DNA of 22,094 nucleotides from Thermotogota bacterium (GTDB taxonomy: Bacteria; Thermotogota; Thermotogae; Petrotogales; Petrotogaceae). Positions 1-9,691 of this stretch are shown here, piece after piece; position 1 is the first letter of the stretch; each line of letters begins with the position of its first letter. Position numbers and translations under genes: made by a program. The stretch lies in NCBI GenBank assembly GCA_051748045.1, contig JBNJGY010000020.1, positions 1-22,094 of the forward strand, given 5' to 3'. Under the pieces are notes generated by a model. It searched no databases and was not told the DNA's origin. It saw nothing but the letters and a program-made list of their open reading frames with translations.

Positions 1-549
1 TGACATAGTGAAATAATCAATATCATTATATGTTGAATTTGTTTGAAAAACCCCATTGAATATAAGGTCTCCACTTTTATTAAAAGCAGAAAAAATAACA
101 TTTTCATTGTTTAGCTTCAACTGTTCCATTTTTATTTTACTGAGAACGTAATAATTATTAAATCTTGAAACCATAAAAATATCTTCATTTTCTGAATAAA
201 TATAATAATCATTTCCTGAAAAATTGATGTTGTTAATATCAATTTCTTTGTCTTTTAAATCTTCAGGAACTTTTTTGGTTATTTCTAAGTTTGAATTAAA
301 AAAATAAACTTCAGAAAAAAACGATTCTAAACTTCTATATTCAGAAAATTTTTCAGCGTTAATAATTTTTTGTCTATAGTCTTCAACAGTTTTTTCAAAA
401 TTTTCCATATTATTTGATGAAACAATTTTTAGTGTTGATGAAAATATTGCCAACACTAAAACCCATGATATTATGATAGCAAAAATTAAAAAATAATTCT
501 GTAAAGAAATATTCCTTACAGTCCTTTTAAAAATCATTTTAAACTTCAT
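1..549 (-). CDS. 5' part (runs off window) of a membrane-anchored sensor-like protein with an N-terminal TM helix and extracytoplasmic domain; output domain not visible
   Basis: Not in the ORF track. ATG at 549 preceded by GCAGGAG SD; frame open to the window edge: MKFKMIFKRTVRNISLQNYFLIFAIIISWVLVLAIFSSTLKIVSS..., a hydrophobic segment followed by a polar Asn/Tyr/Phe-rich domain. Confidence 0.7.
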   Translation of the reverse strand, partial: MKFKMIFKRTVRNISLQNYFLIFAIIISWVLVLAIFSSTLKIVSSNNMENFEKTVEDYRQKIINAEKFSEYRSLESFFSEVYFFNSNLEITKKVPEDLKDKEIDINNINFSGNDYYIYSENEDIFMVSRFNNYYVLSKIKMEQLKLNNENVIFSAFNKSGDLIFNGVFQTNSTYNDIDYFTMS

Positions 550-601
550 AGTATTCGCTCCTGCAAAAGCATTATGATGAAAAATATTTCATTGCAAATT
601 A

Positions 602-630
602 ATTATAACATATCATTTGATAGATTTAAA
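602..630 (-). promoter_or_regulatory. Putative sigma70 promoter (extended -10) for the sensor gene
   Basis: Minus strand TGtTATAAT at 610-602; TTTAAA 17 nt upstream of the -10 (630-625). Confidence 0.45.
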
Positions 631-1050
631 AAACTGAATTAATTTTTGCAATCTTCTAATTCCACTTTCATCATTATAATTTTGAGCTTTTATGAGTGAA
701 AGCTCAAGATATTTCAAATTTCGAGTTATAGAATTTTTCTCATTTCTTTTCATGCTATATTCATCAGATATAAAAATAGCTTTTAAAATATGTAAAGGAA
801 GTTCTGTCACTATCTTTTCATGATACGGGTCGAAAGTTATATTTTCATAAGCTTTTTCACTGACTATCTTATCTCCATAATTACTTATTATTTTCATATT
901 TTTTGAAGAATTTTTAGATATTTTATTTAAATGATTCTTTTGAATATCTTTAAAGCAATTATTACAATATTCTATAGTTTTTTCGATTCCATCTTCGATA
1001 AATGTCTGTTTTATCTCAGGATTTTTTGTGTTGCATAGATTACAAGACAA
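613..1050 (-). CDS. Hypothetical protein with McsA-like N-terminal CxxC...CxxC zinc motif and UVR-like C-terminal helical hairpin
   Basis: Probable TTG start at 1050 after GAGGTG SD (track start 1083 overlaps pth). SCNLC-x22-CNNC resembles the McsA N-terminus; C-terminal LKYLELSLIKAQNYNDESGIRRLQKLI resembles a UVR (UvrB/C) motif. Confidence 0.6.
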   Translation of the reverse strand: MSCNLCNTKNPEIKQTFIEDGIEKTIEYCNNCFKDIQKNHLNKISKNSSKNMKIISNYGDKIVSEKAYENITFDPYHEKIVTELPLHILKAIFISDEYSMKRNEKNSITRNLKYLELSLIKAQNYNDESGIRRLQKLIQFFKSIK

Positions 1051-1063
1051 ATTAATGCACCTC

Positions 1064-1636
1064 TTATAATAAAGTTTCTCCATTGTATTTGTTCATGCTT
1101 TTTTCTATATTACCTTCTATGATCATGTCTATGGCATTTGATACTTCGTCGAGTATTTTGTATAAATCATACATTTGATCTTTGGTAAACTTGGATAAAA
1201 CATAATCTGCTAAGTCCATAAAATCAGGTTTTTTATCTATACCTATTCTAATTCTTGGGAAGTCTTTAGTACCAAGTATTTTTATAATATTTTTAATACC
1301 ATTATGTCCTCCAGCTGATCCAGTAGGTCTGATTCTTATCTTACCAAAATCTAAAGACACATCATCATATATAACTATGATGTTTTCAGGATCAGTCATT
1401 CCATATTTTTTGAATAGTTCAGGGAATATTTGTCCACTTAAATTCATATATGTCATTGGTTTAACCAGGATATAATTATTAGCCTCTAAAGCCTCAAAAG
1501 TTCTACCAGAAGTTTTTTTATAATCGATATGTTTAGTATTTTCTATGTACTGATCTAAAGCTAAAAAGCCCACGTTATGTCTTGTGAAGACATAACGTGG
1601 ACCGGGATTACCTAATCCAACAATTATTTTTTTCAT
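1064..1636 (-). CDS. pth: Peptidyl-tRNA hydrolase
   Basis: IVGLGNPG..Y..TRHNVGF, KPMTYMNLSG, GSAGGHNG and RIRIGI motifs; follows rplY as is usual. Confidence 0.97.
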   Translation of the reverse strand: MKKIIVGLGNPGPRYVFTRHNVGFLALDQYIENTKHIDYKKTSGRTFEALEANNYILVKPMTYMNLSGQIFPELFKKYGMTDPENIIVIYDDVSLDFGKIRIRPTGSAGGHNGIKNIIKILGTKDFPRIRIGIDKKPDFMDLADYVLSKFTKDQMYDLYKILDEVSNAIDMIIEGNIEKSMNKYNGETLL

Positions 1637-1642
1637 TTAATA

Positions 1643-2305
1643 TTATTCTTCTGTTTCTTCTTCTTCTGAAGATTCTTCGATAACTTCTGGTTCTAATGTT
1701 CCTTCTTCAGCTTCAGCTTCGGCTTCTAATTCTTCGATTGATATTCCTGGTTTTGTTATTGTTACTAATAATTCTTCGTCTTCTAATAAATAATGTGCAC
1801 TTTCTGGTAATTTTTCTTTAATATCTTTTGCTACTATATGGTCATTGATTTCTAATTCAGAAATGTCAACAACGATTTTTTCTATAACATCTTTTGGTAA
1901 GATTTCAACTGGGATATCATGAACTAATACGTCAAGTACTCCGCCGTCTCTTTCTACACCAATTGGAGTTCCTTCTACTTCAAAAGGAATGTGTAATGTC
2001 ATAACATGTCCTTCGGATGGAACATAGAAGTCACCATGAATAGGTTTATCTGAAACTTTATGTCTTTGAATTGTTTTTAAGAAAGTAGTTATTGTTTCTT
2101 TACCTTCAATATCAATATCGATCAAAGTTGTTTCACTAACATGATCTAATAAAGAATCAAATTCTCCATGAGGAATTGCTATATGTCTATTTCCGTCAAG
2201 TCCTGGTCCGTAAATTTCTGCAGGGATATATCCTTCTCTTCTCCATACATTTGCTTTTTTCTTTGTTTCTCTTTCGACTACTTCAAGATTAAATTTTCTT
2301 GCCAT
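1643..2305 (-). CDS. rplY: 50S ribosomal protein bL25 / general stress protein Ctc (long form, acidic tail)
   Basis: RREGYIPAEIYG, IQRH...PIHGDFY, GTPIGVERDGGVL motifs; AGGAGG SD; prs-rplY-pth synteny. Confidence 0.95.
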   Translation of the reverse strand: MARKFNLEVVERETKKKANVWRREGYIPAEIYGPGLDGNRHIAIPHGEFDSLLDHVSETTLIDIDIEGKETITTFLKTIQRHKVSDKPIHGDFYVPSEGHVMTLHIPFEVEGTPIGVERDGGVLDVLVHDIPVEILPKDVIEKIVVDISELEINDHIVAKDIKEKLPESAHYLLEDEELLVTITKPGISIEELEAEAEAEEGTLEPEVIEESSEEEETEE

Positions 2306-2334
2306 CGTCTATACCTCCTAAAAATATTTTTATA

Positions 2335-3288
2335 TTATCTAAACAGTATGCTTACTGAAAGATTTTTTCTTATTCTAACAACAGCTTCTCCAAAAAGAGG
2401 AGCTACAGATAAAGTTTTGAACTTATCCGGCAATTTATCATGATATATTGTATCGGTTACTATAATGTTGCTAAGTTGTGAATTTTGCATTTTGTTTATT
2501 GCATCTTTTGAGAGAATTCCATGAGTTGCACACGCAGTAACTTCTTTAGCACCAGATTTTATAAGCGCGTCAGCAGCCCCTATCAAGGAACCTCCTGTAT
2601 CAATAATATCGTCAATTAGTATACATTTTTTACCTTTTACATCGCCTATTACATTTACTATTTCAGCCACATTGTCTTTAGGTCTTCTTTTGTCTAAAAT
2701 AGCTAAAGGCGCAGATATCTTCTCAGCAAATTTTCTTGCTCTTTTTACAGCACCGACATCTGGAGATACTACGACATAATCATCTGGATCTGCCCCCAAA
2801 TCTTCTATAAAGTAATCAGCAAAAACTGGAAAACTCCATAAATTATCCAAAGGAATGTCAAAGAACCCTTGAATTTGTTCAGCGTGTAAGTCAATAGTCA
2901 CAACTCTACTAGCTCCTGCAGTGGTTAAGAGATTAGCCATTAATTTAGCTGTAATAGGATCTCTTCCTCGTGCTTTTCTATCTTGTCTAGCATATCCATA
3001 ATATGGCATAATAACGGATATAGATGCAGCAGAAGCTCTTTTTAAAGCATCTATCATAATCAATAATTCCATTAAATTTTCATTTACAGGTTGAGATACT
3101 GATTGAATTAAATATACATCATAACCTCTAACAGTTTCATTGATTTTTACATTGATTTCACCATCAGAAAAGGTTGTTACCTCACAATCACCTAATCTTG
3201 TTCCCATATATTCAACAATTTTATTTGCTAAAGCAGGGTTTGAATTCCCAGCGAATACTTTCATTTCTGAACGCCCGACTAATGACAC
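2335..3288 (-). CDS. prs: Ribose-phosphate pyrophosphokinase
   Basis: FSDGEI, PYYGYARQDRK, DLHAEQIQGFF, VSPDVGAVKRA, IDDIIDTGGS. GTG start at 3288 chosen because it follows the AAGGAGAG SD (track start 3309). Confidence 0.97.
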   Translation of the reverse strand: MSLVGRSEMKVFAGNSNPALANKIVEYMGTRLGDCEVTTFSDGEINVKINETVRGYDVYLIQSVSQPVNENLMELLIMIDALKRASAASISVIMPYYGYARQDRKARGRDPITAKLMANLLTTAGASRVVTIDLHAEQIQGFFDIPLDNLWSFPVFADYFIEDLGADPDDYVVVSPDVGAVKRARKFAEKISAPLAILDKRRPKDNVAEIVNVIGDVKGKKCILIDDIIDTGGSLIGAADALIKSGAKEVTACATHGILSKDAINKMQNSQLSNIIVTDTIYHDKLPDKFKTLSVAPLFGEAVVRIRKNLSVSILFR

Positions 3289-3305
3289 AGCTAAACTCTC
3301 CCTTC

Positions 3306-4640
3306 TCACTTTTTGAATTTAGACTTTCCATCTTTCACAACTTGTTTTGCCCTTCCAAAGGCTAAAGAATTATCTGAAACATTATGAGTAATTACAGAAC
3401 CAGCTGCTATAGTTACATTTTTGCCAATTATAACAGGAGCAACTAATGAAGAATTACTTCCTATAAATGTACCATCATCTATTGTGGTTTTATGTTTGTT
3501 GATTCCATCATAATTACAAGTAATAGTTCCAGCACCAACATTTACATTTTCTCCTATATCTGTATCTCCTAGATATGTTAGATGTTGAGCTTTAGAGTTA
3601 TTTTTAACTATTGTTTTTTTAGTTTCAACATAATTACCAATTTTCACATTATTTTCTAAAACTGTACCAATCCTCAATCTAGCGAAAGGACCTACAGAAA
3701 CGTTTTTTCCAACTATAGCGTCTTCACATTCAGACCTTAAAATTTTACTGTTATTGTTAATTTCACAATTTTTGACTCTGGTTAAAGGACCTATAATACA
3801 ATCTTCTCCAATAACAGTGTTTCCAGAGATAAAAGTTTGAGGGTATATTATTGTGTCCATTCCTATTTTAACATCAGGTGAAATATAAGTTGTTTTCGGA
3901 TCTATTATTGTTACTCCATTTAACATCAATTTGTTTAAAACATTTTCTTTAGCTTTTTTTTCTAATTCAGAAAGCTGAATTCTGTTGTTGACTCCAGTTA
4001 CTTCTGAAATGTCATCTATTTGATGAGTTTGAACTTTTTTGAAATGCAAAAAAGTATCTGGAAGATAATATTCATTTTGAACATTATCATTATTTATTTT
4101 TTTAAGAGATTTTTTTAATTCATCTATATTGTAAACAGCTATTCCACTGTTTATTTCTTTTAATTTTAATTCATCCTCAGTACAATCCTTATGCTCGACA
4201 ATTTTCACAAAATTTTTGTTTTCATCTTTTACGATCCTTCCATAACCACTTGGATCATCTAATTCTACAGTTAAAATTGTTGCTGAGTTATCGTTATTTC
4301 TATGTTTTTCTAATAAATCATTTAGAGTTTTTTCAGAAATTAATGGAACATCTCCATACAAAACTAAGAGTTCCTTCCCCTCTAAAAACTCTTCAGCAGA
4401 CATAACTGCATGACCAGTTCCCAGCATTTCTTTTTGCTCATATACATGAACGTCTTCATCTACAATAGTTTTCACTTGCTCAATTCCATGGCCAAGTACA
4501 ACAGCTATTTGAGAAGTTAATTTTTTAGAAGTATCAATCACCCAGTTTAACATAGGTTTTTCCATTATTGCATGCATGACTTTAGGCATTTTTGATTTCA
4601 TTCTTGTGCCCATTCCTGCAGCGAGTATTAAAATTTTCAA
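3306..4640 (-). CDS. glmU: Bifunctional UDP-GlcNAc pyrophosphorylase / glucosamine-1-phosphate acetyltransferase
   Basis: LAAGMGTRMKS..PKVMH, LGTGHAV, GYGRIV, hexapeptide repeats, GAGTITCNYDG; TTG start after GGAGGTG. Confidence 0.97.
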   Translation of the reverse strand: MKILILAAGMGTRMKSKMPKVMHAIMEKPMLNWVIDTSKKLTSQIAVVLGHGIEQVKTIVDEDVHVYEQKEMLGTGHAVMSAEEFLEGKELLVLYGDVPLISEKTLNDLLEKHRNNDNSATILTVELDDPSGYGRIVKDENKNFVKIVEHKDCTEDELKLKEINSGIAVYNIDELKKSLKKINNDNVQNEYYLPDTFLHFKKVQTHQIDDISEVTGVNNRIQLSELEKKAKENVLNKLMLNGVTIIDPKTTYISPDVKIGMDTIIYPQTFISGNTVIGEDCIIGPLTRVKNCEINNNSKILRSECEDAIVGKNVSVGPFARLRIGTVLENNVKIGNYVETKKTIVKNNSKAQHLTYLGDTDIGENVNVGAGTITCNYDGINKHKTTIDDGTFIGSNSSLVAPVIIGKNVTIAAGSVITHNVSDNSLAFGRAKQVVKDGKSKFKK

Positions 4641-4721
4641 TTAACACACCTCCATATTAACATTTTTATCTTTATTTAAAGTTACTATATAGTAGCGATA
4701 AGTTAATATGTTTATTTTATT

Positions 4722-5282
4722 TTATTTCAATTCAGATAAACATATTTTTATAAGCTCTTCCACAGGTTTGTTCTCTGTGTCAACTTTTTTAAGAACTTTT
4801 AAAATTTTACCTCTGTCAAACCCTAGTGCTTCTAAAGCTTCTATTACGTCTGTGGTATTATCATTTACTTGTTTTATTTCATATCCTTCAAATTCACCTT
4901 TTAGTTCAGAAATTATTCTTTCTGATGTTTTTTTACCTATACCTGGTAAAGTAGAAAGACCTTTGATATCATCATTTTCAATCATCATAGCTATATTCTC
5001 TGCGTCATTTGTGAAAGTAATTTTAGCTGCTGTTTTTGGGCCGATTTTGGAAACTTTTTTTAAAGATTGAAAAACCTTCTCTTCTATAGAATCTTTAAAA
5101 ACGTATAAAGCCATGTTGTATTCACTCATTTCAAAAGAAGCAAAAAAATTATTGAAACTTTCAATTTCGATATCTTTTGTTATTCTAAAAGAAGGAAAGG
5201 CCTCTAAGGTAAGAGGCCCTACTTCAATTAATATTGAATTTTTTTCTATGTTAATAACTTTTCCTTTAATTTTTTTAAGCAT
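4722..5282 (-). CDS. ruvA: Holliday junction branch migration protein RuvA
   Basis: OB-fold start MLKKIKGKV, HhH motifs KVSKIGPKTA and LPGIGKKTSERIISELK, C-terminal DVIEALEALGF. ATG at 5282 overlaps the folC stop (track start 5351 is over-extended). Confidence 0.93.
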   Translation of the reverse strand: MLKKIKGKVINIEKNSILIEVGPLTLEAFPSFRITKDIEIESFNNFFASFEMSEYNMALYVFKDSIEEKVFQSLKKVSKIGPKTAAKITFTNDAENIAMMIENDDIKGLSTLPGIGKKTSERIISELKGEFEGYEIKQVNDNTTDVIEALEALGFDRGKILKVLKKVDTENKPVEELIKICLSELK

Positions 5283-6600
5283 TTTTCTCATCCTTTTTTT
5301 CAAGGAGAAGTCCTTTAACATAACCAACAAGGTATAAAGAACCTGTAACAAAATAATAGTCGTAGCTTTCTTTCATAAATTGGTTAAATGCTTTTTCAGT
5401 ATGTTCTATATATTCAATTACTGTTTTTGAATGTTTTTGTATTTCTTCTCTTACGTTTTTTGGGTTAACACTTCTATGAGAAGGAACAGAAGTGACAATT
5501 ATTTTTTCAAATATAGAAGGTAACTCCTGTACCATTTCTTTTATATCTTTATCATCTAAAATTCCAATTAACGCAATTTTTCTGGCAAAAGGTGTGTAAA
5601 GAGATACAGTTTTTTTCAACATTTTTACTCCATCTTCATTATGTGCCCCTTCTAAAATAACTCTTTTATTTTTGTATTCAATTAGCTCAAATCTACCTTC
5701 CCAAGAATAGTATTTTAGAGATTCTCTTAATTTATCTTCTTTTAATTCTAGGTTGTTTTTTTCACAGAAAGCTTCTGCTGCTGCTAAAGCAACAGATAAA
5801 TTATGTGGTTGATAAGCTCCATTACTCTTAAAAACAAGGTCGTTGTATTCTTTTTCTATACCTGAATAATTGATCATGTTCCAGTTCATAGAATATCGTG
5901 TTTTTGTGTAGTTAAAATCTTTTTTGTACTCAAATATTTTAGCAGCACCAACACTATTTGCTTTTTCTTGTATAACTCTTTTTGGACCGTCTTGTATATC
6001 CCCAATTATTACGTAATTATCTTTTTTAATTATTCCTGCTTTTTCTCCTGCGATGGCTTCTAAAGTATCACCTAATATTTTTATATGATCTTTTTGAATA
6101 GTAGAGATAACTGAAACATCAGAATGCACAACATTTGTAGAATCCAATCTTCCTCCTAGTCCAACTTCCATGATAGCAAGTTCTACTCCATTTTTTTCAA
6201 AATATTTCAATGCCATAGCAGTTATAATTTCAAAGAAAGATGGCTCCATTTCAGGATTGGTTTCTTTTAAGTTTTGTATTTTAGGGGCTATTTCTTCATA
6301 AATTTTTATGAATTCATCTTTAGATATTTGTTGGTTATTAATATTTATTCTTTCAGTTATTGAAACCAAATGTGGTGAAATAAAAGAACCTGTTTTCATT
6401 CCTTGGCCAGTAAAAATTGTCGCCAAGGCTTTTGTGATGCTGCCCTTACCATTTGTTCCTGCTATATGTATCACTTTAAAGTTCTTTTCAGGATTACCTA
6501 TTGCTTCCATTAATTTTTTAATTCTCTCTAACCCAAGCTTTATTTTAACATTTCCAGCTCTTTTACCATACAAAGTATTGACAAGTTCGTCAAAGTTCAT
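5275..6600 (-). CDS. folC: Folylpolyglutamate synthase / dihydrofolate synthase
   Basis: IHIAGTNGKGS, SPHL..ITERI, EVGLGGRLDSTN, IAGEKAGI, GRFE, GAHN, TGSLYLVG; directly downstream of valS. Confidence 0.96.
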   Translation of the reverse strand: MNFDELVNTLYGKRAGNVKIKLGLERIKKLMEAIGNPEKNFKVIHIAGTNGKGSITKALATIFTGQGMKTGSFISPHLVSITERININNQQISKDEFIKIYEEIAPKIQNLKETNPEMEPSFFEIITAMALKYFEKNGVELAIMEVGLGGRLDSTNVVHSDVSVISTIQKDHIKILGDTLEAIAGEKAGIIKKDNYVIIGDIQDGPKRVIQEKANSVGAAKIFEYKKDFNYTKTRYSMNWNMINYSGIEKEYNDLVFKSNGAYQPHNLSVALAAAEAFCEKNNLELKEDKLRESLKYYSWEGRFELIEYKNKRVILEGAHNEDGVKMLKKTVSLYTPFARKIALIGILDDKDIKEMVQELPSIFEKIIVTSVPSHRSVNPKNVREEIQKHSKTVIEYIEHTEKAFNQFMKESYDYYFVTGSLYLVGYVKGLLLEKKDEKNA

Positions 6601-9225
6601 TTAATCAATCTCCTTAATTAGTGTTTCTAATTTTTTTACTTGATATTTTGCATCTTCAAACTTAATCTTTGCTTCTTCTACAACTTCTGGATCAGCTTTT
6701 TCTAAGAAATTTTTGTTGTTTAATTTCTTTTCGAATTTATTTACATCTTTTTCTAATTTTTTTATTTTTTTATTAAGCCTATCAATTTCAGCATCAACAT
6801 CTATCATGTCTCCTAAAAGAACATATGTTTCAACGTTTTCATCTACATAAGCTGTGGCTGATCTTTCTTTTTTAGAATCAGTTTTTTCAAAAGATTCAAG
6901 ATTGGCTAGCTTAAGAATTTGATCTTGAGCCCCTTCTATCCAATCGTTATTAGATAATATTTTATACTCAGCTTTTATTTTTTTTGATTGAGGGATGTTC
7001 ATATCTGCTTTAACATTTCTAATTCCTCTTATAACAGCCATTATATCATTGAATCTTTTTTCTGAATTATCAAAAATTTCATTTGCATTTAATTCTGGCC
7101 ATTGAGAAATGATAAGTAAATCTTCTAGTTTTGTTGATGGTATAGCTTGCCATAATTCTTCAGATAGATAAGGCATAAATGGATGTAGAAGTCTCAATGC
7201 AGAATCGAAAACTTTTACCAGAACGTTTTGAGCTATTTTTTTACTTCTTCCTTCTGAATTTAATCTATCTTTTATTGATTCAATGTACCAGTCACATAAT
7301 TCGCTCCAAACAAATTCATATATAGCTCTAGCGGCATGGTTGAAGTTGTATGTTTCTATACCTTCTGATACTTGTTTTATAGTTTTGTTCATTCTAGTTA
7401 ATATCCATTTATCTTCTAGATGAAGTTCATCTGAATTATATTCTATTTCTTCAAAATCGTTTAAGTTTAATAAAGCAAACCTAGTTGCATTCCATATTTT
7501 ATTGGCAAATTTAGAAAATGGTTCAAATGATTTTTCATCTAGCTTAATGTCCCTTCCTTGAGCAGCTAAAATAGATAGTGTAAACCTCATTGGGTCAGTT
7601 CCATATTTATCTATAACGTCTAATGGATCAATGCCATTCCCTAAAGATTTAGACATCTTTCTTCCTTTTTTATCTCTAACAAGTGGTGTTATGAAGACGT
7701 GAGAGAAAGGTTTTTGTCCCATGAATTTTTCACCCATCATAACCATTCTTGCAACCCAGAAGAAAATTATATCAAAAGCTGTAACTAGAGTTCCTGTAGG
7801 ATAAAATCTTTCTAAATCTTCTGTTTTTTCTGGCCATCCAAGAGTTGAAAAAGGCCAAAGAGCAGAAGAAAACCATGTGTCTAGAACGTCTGGGTCTTGT
7901 GTTAAGTTTTTTGAGTCACATTTTGGACAAGAGGTTGGATCTTCTTTGGAAACTATGGTTTCTCCACAATCATCACAGTACCAAACCGGTATTCTGTGTC
8001 CCCACCAAAGTTGTCTAGAAATACACCAGTCTCTTATTTCATTCATCCAGTTTAAATATACTTTTTTCCATCTATCTGGGAAAAATTGTATGTCTTCTTC
8101 TTCTACAGCTTCTATAGCTTTTTTTGCGAGAGGTTTCATTTTTACAAACCATTGGTCCATCAAAAATGGTTCAACTGTTGTATCACATCTATAACAATGG
8201 CCTACTGAATGTTTGTGCTCTTCAACTTTTTCTAAAAGTTCGAGTTCTTCAAGATCTTTAACAATTTGTTTTCTTGCTTCAAATCTATCCATTCCAGAAT
8301 ATTTACCACCATTTTCATTTATCTTTGCATTTTCATCCATTATTTGTATTCTTTCTAAATCATGTCTTAACCCAATTTGATAATCATTTGGGTCATGTGC
8401 TGGAGTGATTTTTACAAATCCAGTTCCGAATTCTGGATCAACATAAGGATCTCCAACTATTTCTAATTCTCTATTAACAAGAGGGAGGATTACTTTTTTA
8501 CCTATCATATGTTTATTTTTTTCATCAGAAGGGTGAACAGCTATAGCAACATCTCCTAAAAGAGTTTCTGGCCTTGTAGTAGCTATTATTATATAATCAT
8601 TTTCATCTTTAATAGGGTATTTAATGTGCCAAAAATGTCCGTTTTCATCGTTATGTTCAACTTCATCATCTGCAAGAACGGTACCACAGCTTGGACACCA
8701 ATTAACAATATATTTGCCTTTGTAAATTAAACCTTCTTCGTATAAATCAACAAAGACTTTTCTTACAGCTTCATTTAGCCCTTCGTCGAGGGTAAATCTT
8801 TCTCTCGACCAATCAACAGAAGCTCCCAGAGCTTTTAATTGTTTTCTGATATAATCTCTGTATTCATTAGCCCAATCCCACACTTTAGAAATAAAAACAT
8901 CTCTATCGTATTCTTCTCTTCTTTTACCTTCAGTTTTTTTTAAATGCTTTTCAACAACATGTTGTGTGGCAATACCTGCATGGTCTTCCCCCGGTAGCCA
9001 CAGAGTGTCTTTTCCTTTCATTCTATAATATCTGGTTAAAATATCTTGCAAAGTTAGATTTAAAGCGTGTCCTATATGCAATTTACCTGTTATATTTGGT
9101 GGAGGTATTACAATAGTAAATGAATCTTCGCCTTTATTTTGAGGTTTAAATGCCTCTTTTTCCATCCATTCATCATACCATTTTCTTTCTAATTCATGTG
9201 GAGTATATCTCTTACCTATGTCCAT
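6601..9225 (-). CDS. valS: Valine--tRNA ligase
   Basis: PPPNITGKLHIGH (HIGH), DHAGIATQ, DWCISRQLWWGHRIP, DTWFSSALWPF, KMSKS, C-terminal coiled coil; GAGGAGG SD. Confidence 0.98.
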   Translation of the reverse strand: MDIGKRYTPHELERKWYDEWMEKEAFKPQNKGEDSFTIVIPPPNITGKLHIGHALNLTLQDILTRYYRMKGKDTLWLPGEDHAGIATQHVVEKHLKKTEGKRREEYDRDVFISKVWDWANEYRDYIRKQLKALGASVDWSRERFTLDEGLNEAVRKVFVDLYEEGLIYKGKYIVNWCPSCGTVLADDEVEHNDENGHFWHIKYPIKDENDYIIIATTRPETLLGDVAIAVHPSDEKNKHMIGKKVILPLVNRELEIVGDPYVDPEFGTGFVKITPAHDPNDYQIGLRHDLERIQIMDENAKINENGGKYSGMDRFEARKQIVKDLEELELLEKVEEHKHSVGHCYRCDTTVEPFLMDQWFVKMKPLAKKAIEAVEEEDIQFFPDRWKKVYLNWMNEIRDWCISRQLWWGHRIPVWYCDDCGETIVSKEDPTSCPKCDSKNLTQDPDVLDTWFSSALWPFSTLGWPEKTEDLERFYPTGTLVTAFDIIFFWVARMVMMGEKFMGQKPFSHVFITPLVRDKKGRKMSKSLGNGIDPLDVIDKYGTDPMRFTLSILAAQGRDIKLDEKSFEPFSKFANKIWNATRFALLNLNDFEEIEYNSDELHLEDKWILTRMNKTIKQVSEGIETYNFNHAARAIYEFVWSELCDWYIESIKDRLNSEGRSKKIAQNVLVKVFDSALRLLHPFMPYLSEELWQAIPSTKLEDLLIISQWPELNANEIFDNSEKRFNDIMAVIRGIRNVKADMNIPQSKKIKAEYKILSNNDWIEGAQDQILKLANLESFEKTDSKKERSATAYVDENVETYVLLGDMIDVDAEIDRLNKKIKKLEKDVNKFEKKLNNKNFLEKADPEVVEEAKIKFEDAKYQVKKLETLIKEID

Positions 9226-9252
9226 TCAATTTCCTCCTCTAAATTTATATAA

Positions 9253-9687
9253 TTAATTAGCTTTTTTTAATTTTTTTCTTTCTATTAAATTCACAAAAGC
9301 TGTAGACAGAGCTATTCCTATTACAATTCCAAAGGCCCCTACAAAAGTTTCATATGCATATCTGGATGCTGTGTTCAAGTTTCCTTCTATAAAGTTCTGA
9401 AAGGTAAAAAATGCTGGAGCACCAGGCACTAAAGGAATAATTCCTGCAGCTATAAAAGGGTGCGCGTTAGTATTTAATATATAAGAAAACAAATAGGATA
9501 ATAATCCTATGCTTAAAGCAGATAAAATTATAGCGCTTTCAAATCCAAATTTTAAGTTAATCAATTCGTAAATTGTCCATCCAATTCCACCAGTCAAAGC
9601 AGCAAAAAGTAAACTTCTTCTTGGTGTTTTGAATATTATAGCAAAACCACCTGTTGCAAAAAAAGAAAAAATGATTCTAATTAACAT
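9253..9687 (-). CDS. Threonine/serine exporter family membrane protein (ThrE_2 / YjjB-like)
   Basis: Hydrophobic; GFAIIF..PRR.L..AALTGGIGW and GIIPLVPG motifs; ATG at 9687 after GGAGG SD (TTG at 9690 is an alternative). Confidence 0.85.
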   Translation of the reverse strand: MLIRIIFSFFATGGFAIIFKTPRRSLLFAALTGGIGWTIYELINLKFGFESAIILSALSIGLLSYLFSYILNTNAHPFIAAGIIPLVPGAPAFFTFQNFIEGNLNTASRYAYETFVGAFGIVIGIALSTAFVNLIERKKLKKAN

Positions 9688-9691
9688 CAAA

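Noticed and set aside
1643-1745. TCTTC/TTCAGC short repeats at the end of rplY
   Set aside because: They simply encode the Glu/Ala-rich acidic tail typical of long bL25/Ctc proteins.
4722-5282. ruvA without adjacent ruvB/ruvC
   Set aside because: Split ruv genes are common in bacteria; not evidence of novelty.
2168-8194. Plus-strand track ORFs 2168..2443, 3174..3365, 4708..5070, 5113..5337, 6308..6604 and 7877..8194
   Set aside because: Antisense shadows of well-supported housekeeping genes; mostly Ser/Phe/Ile-rich mirror composition with no recognisable motifs.
9226-9252. T-box leader upstream of valS
   Set aside because: The gap is only 27 bp and contains just the SD.
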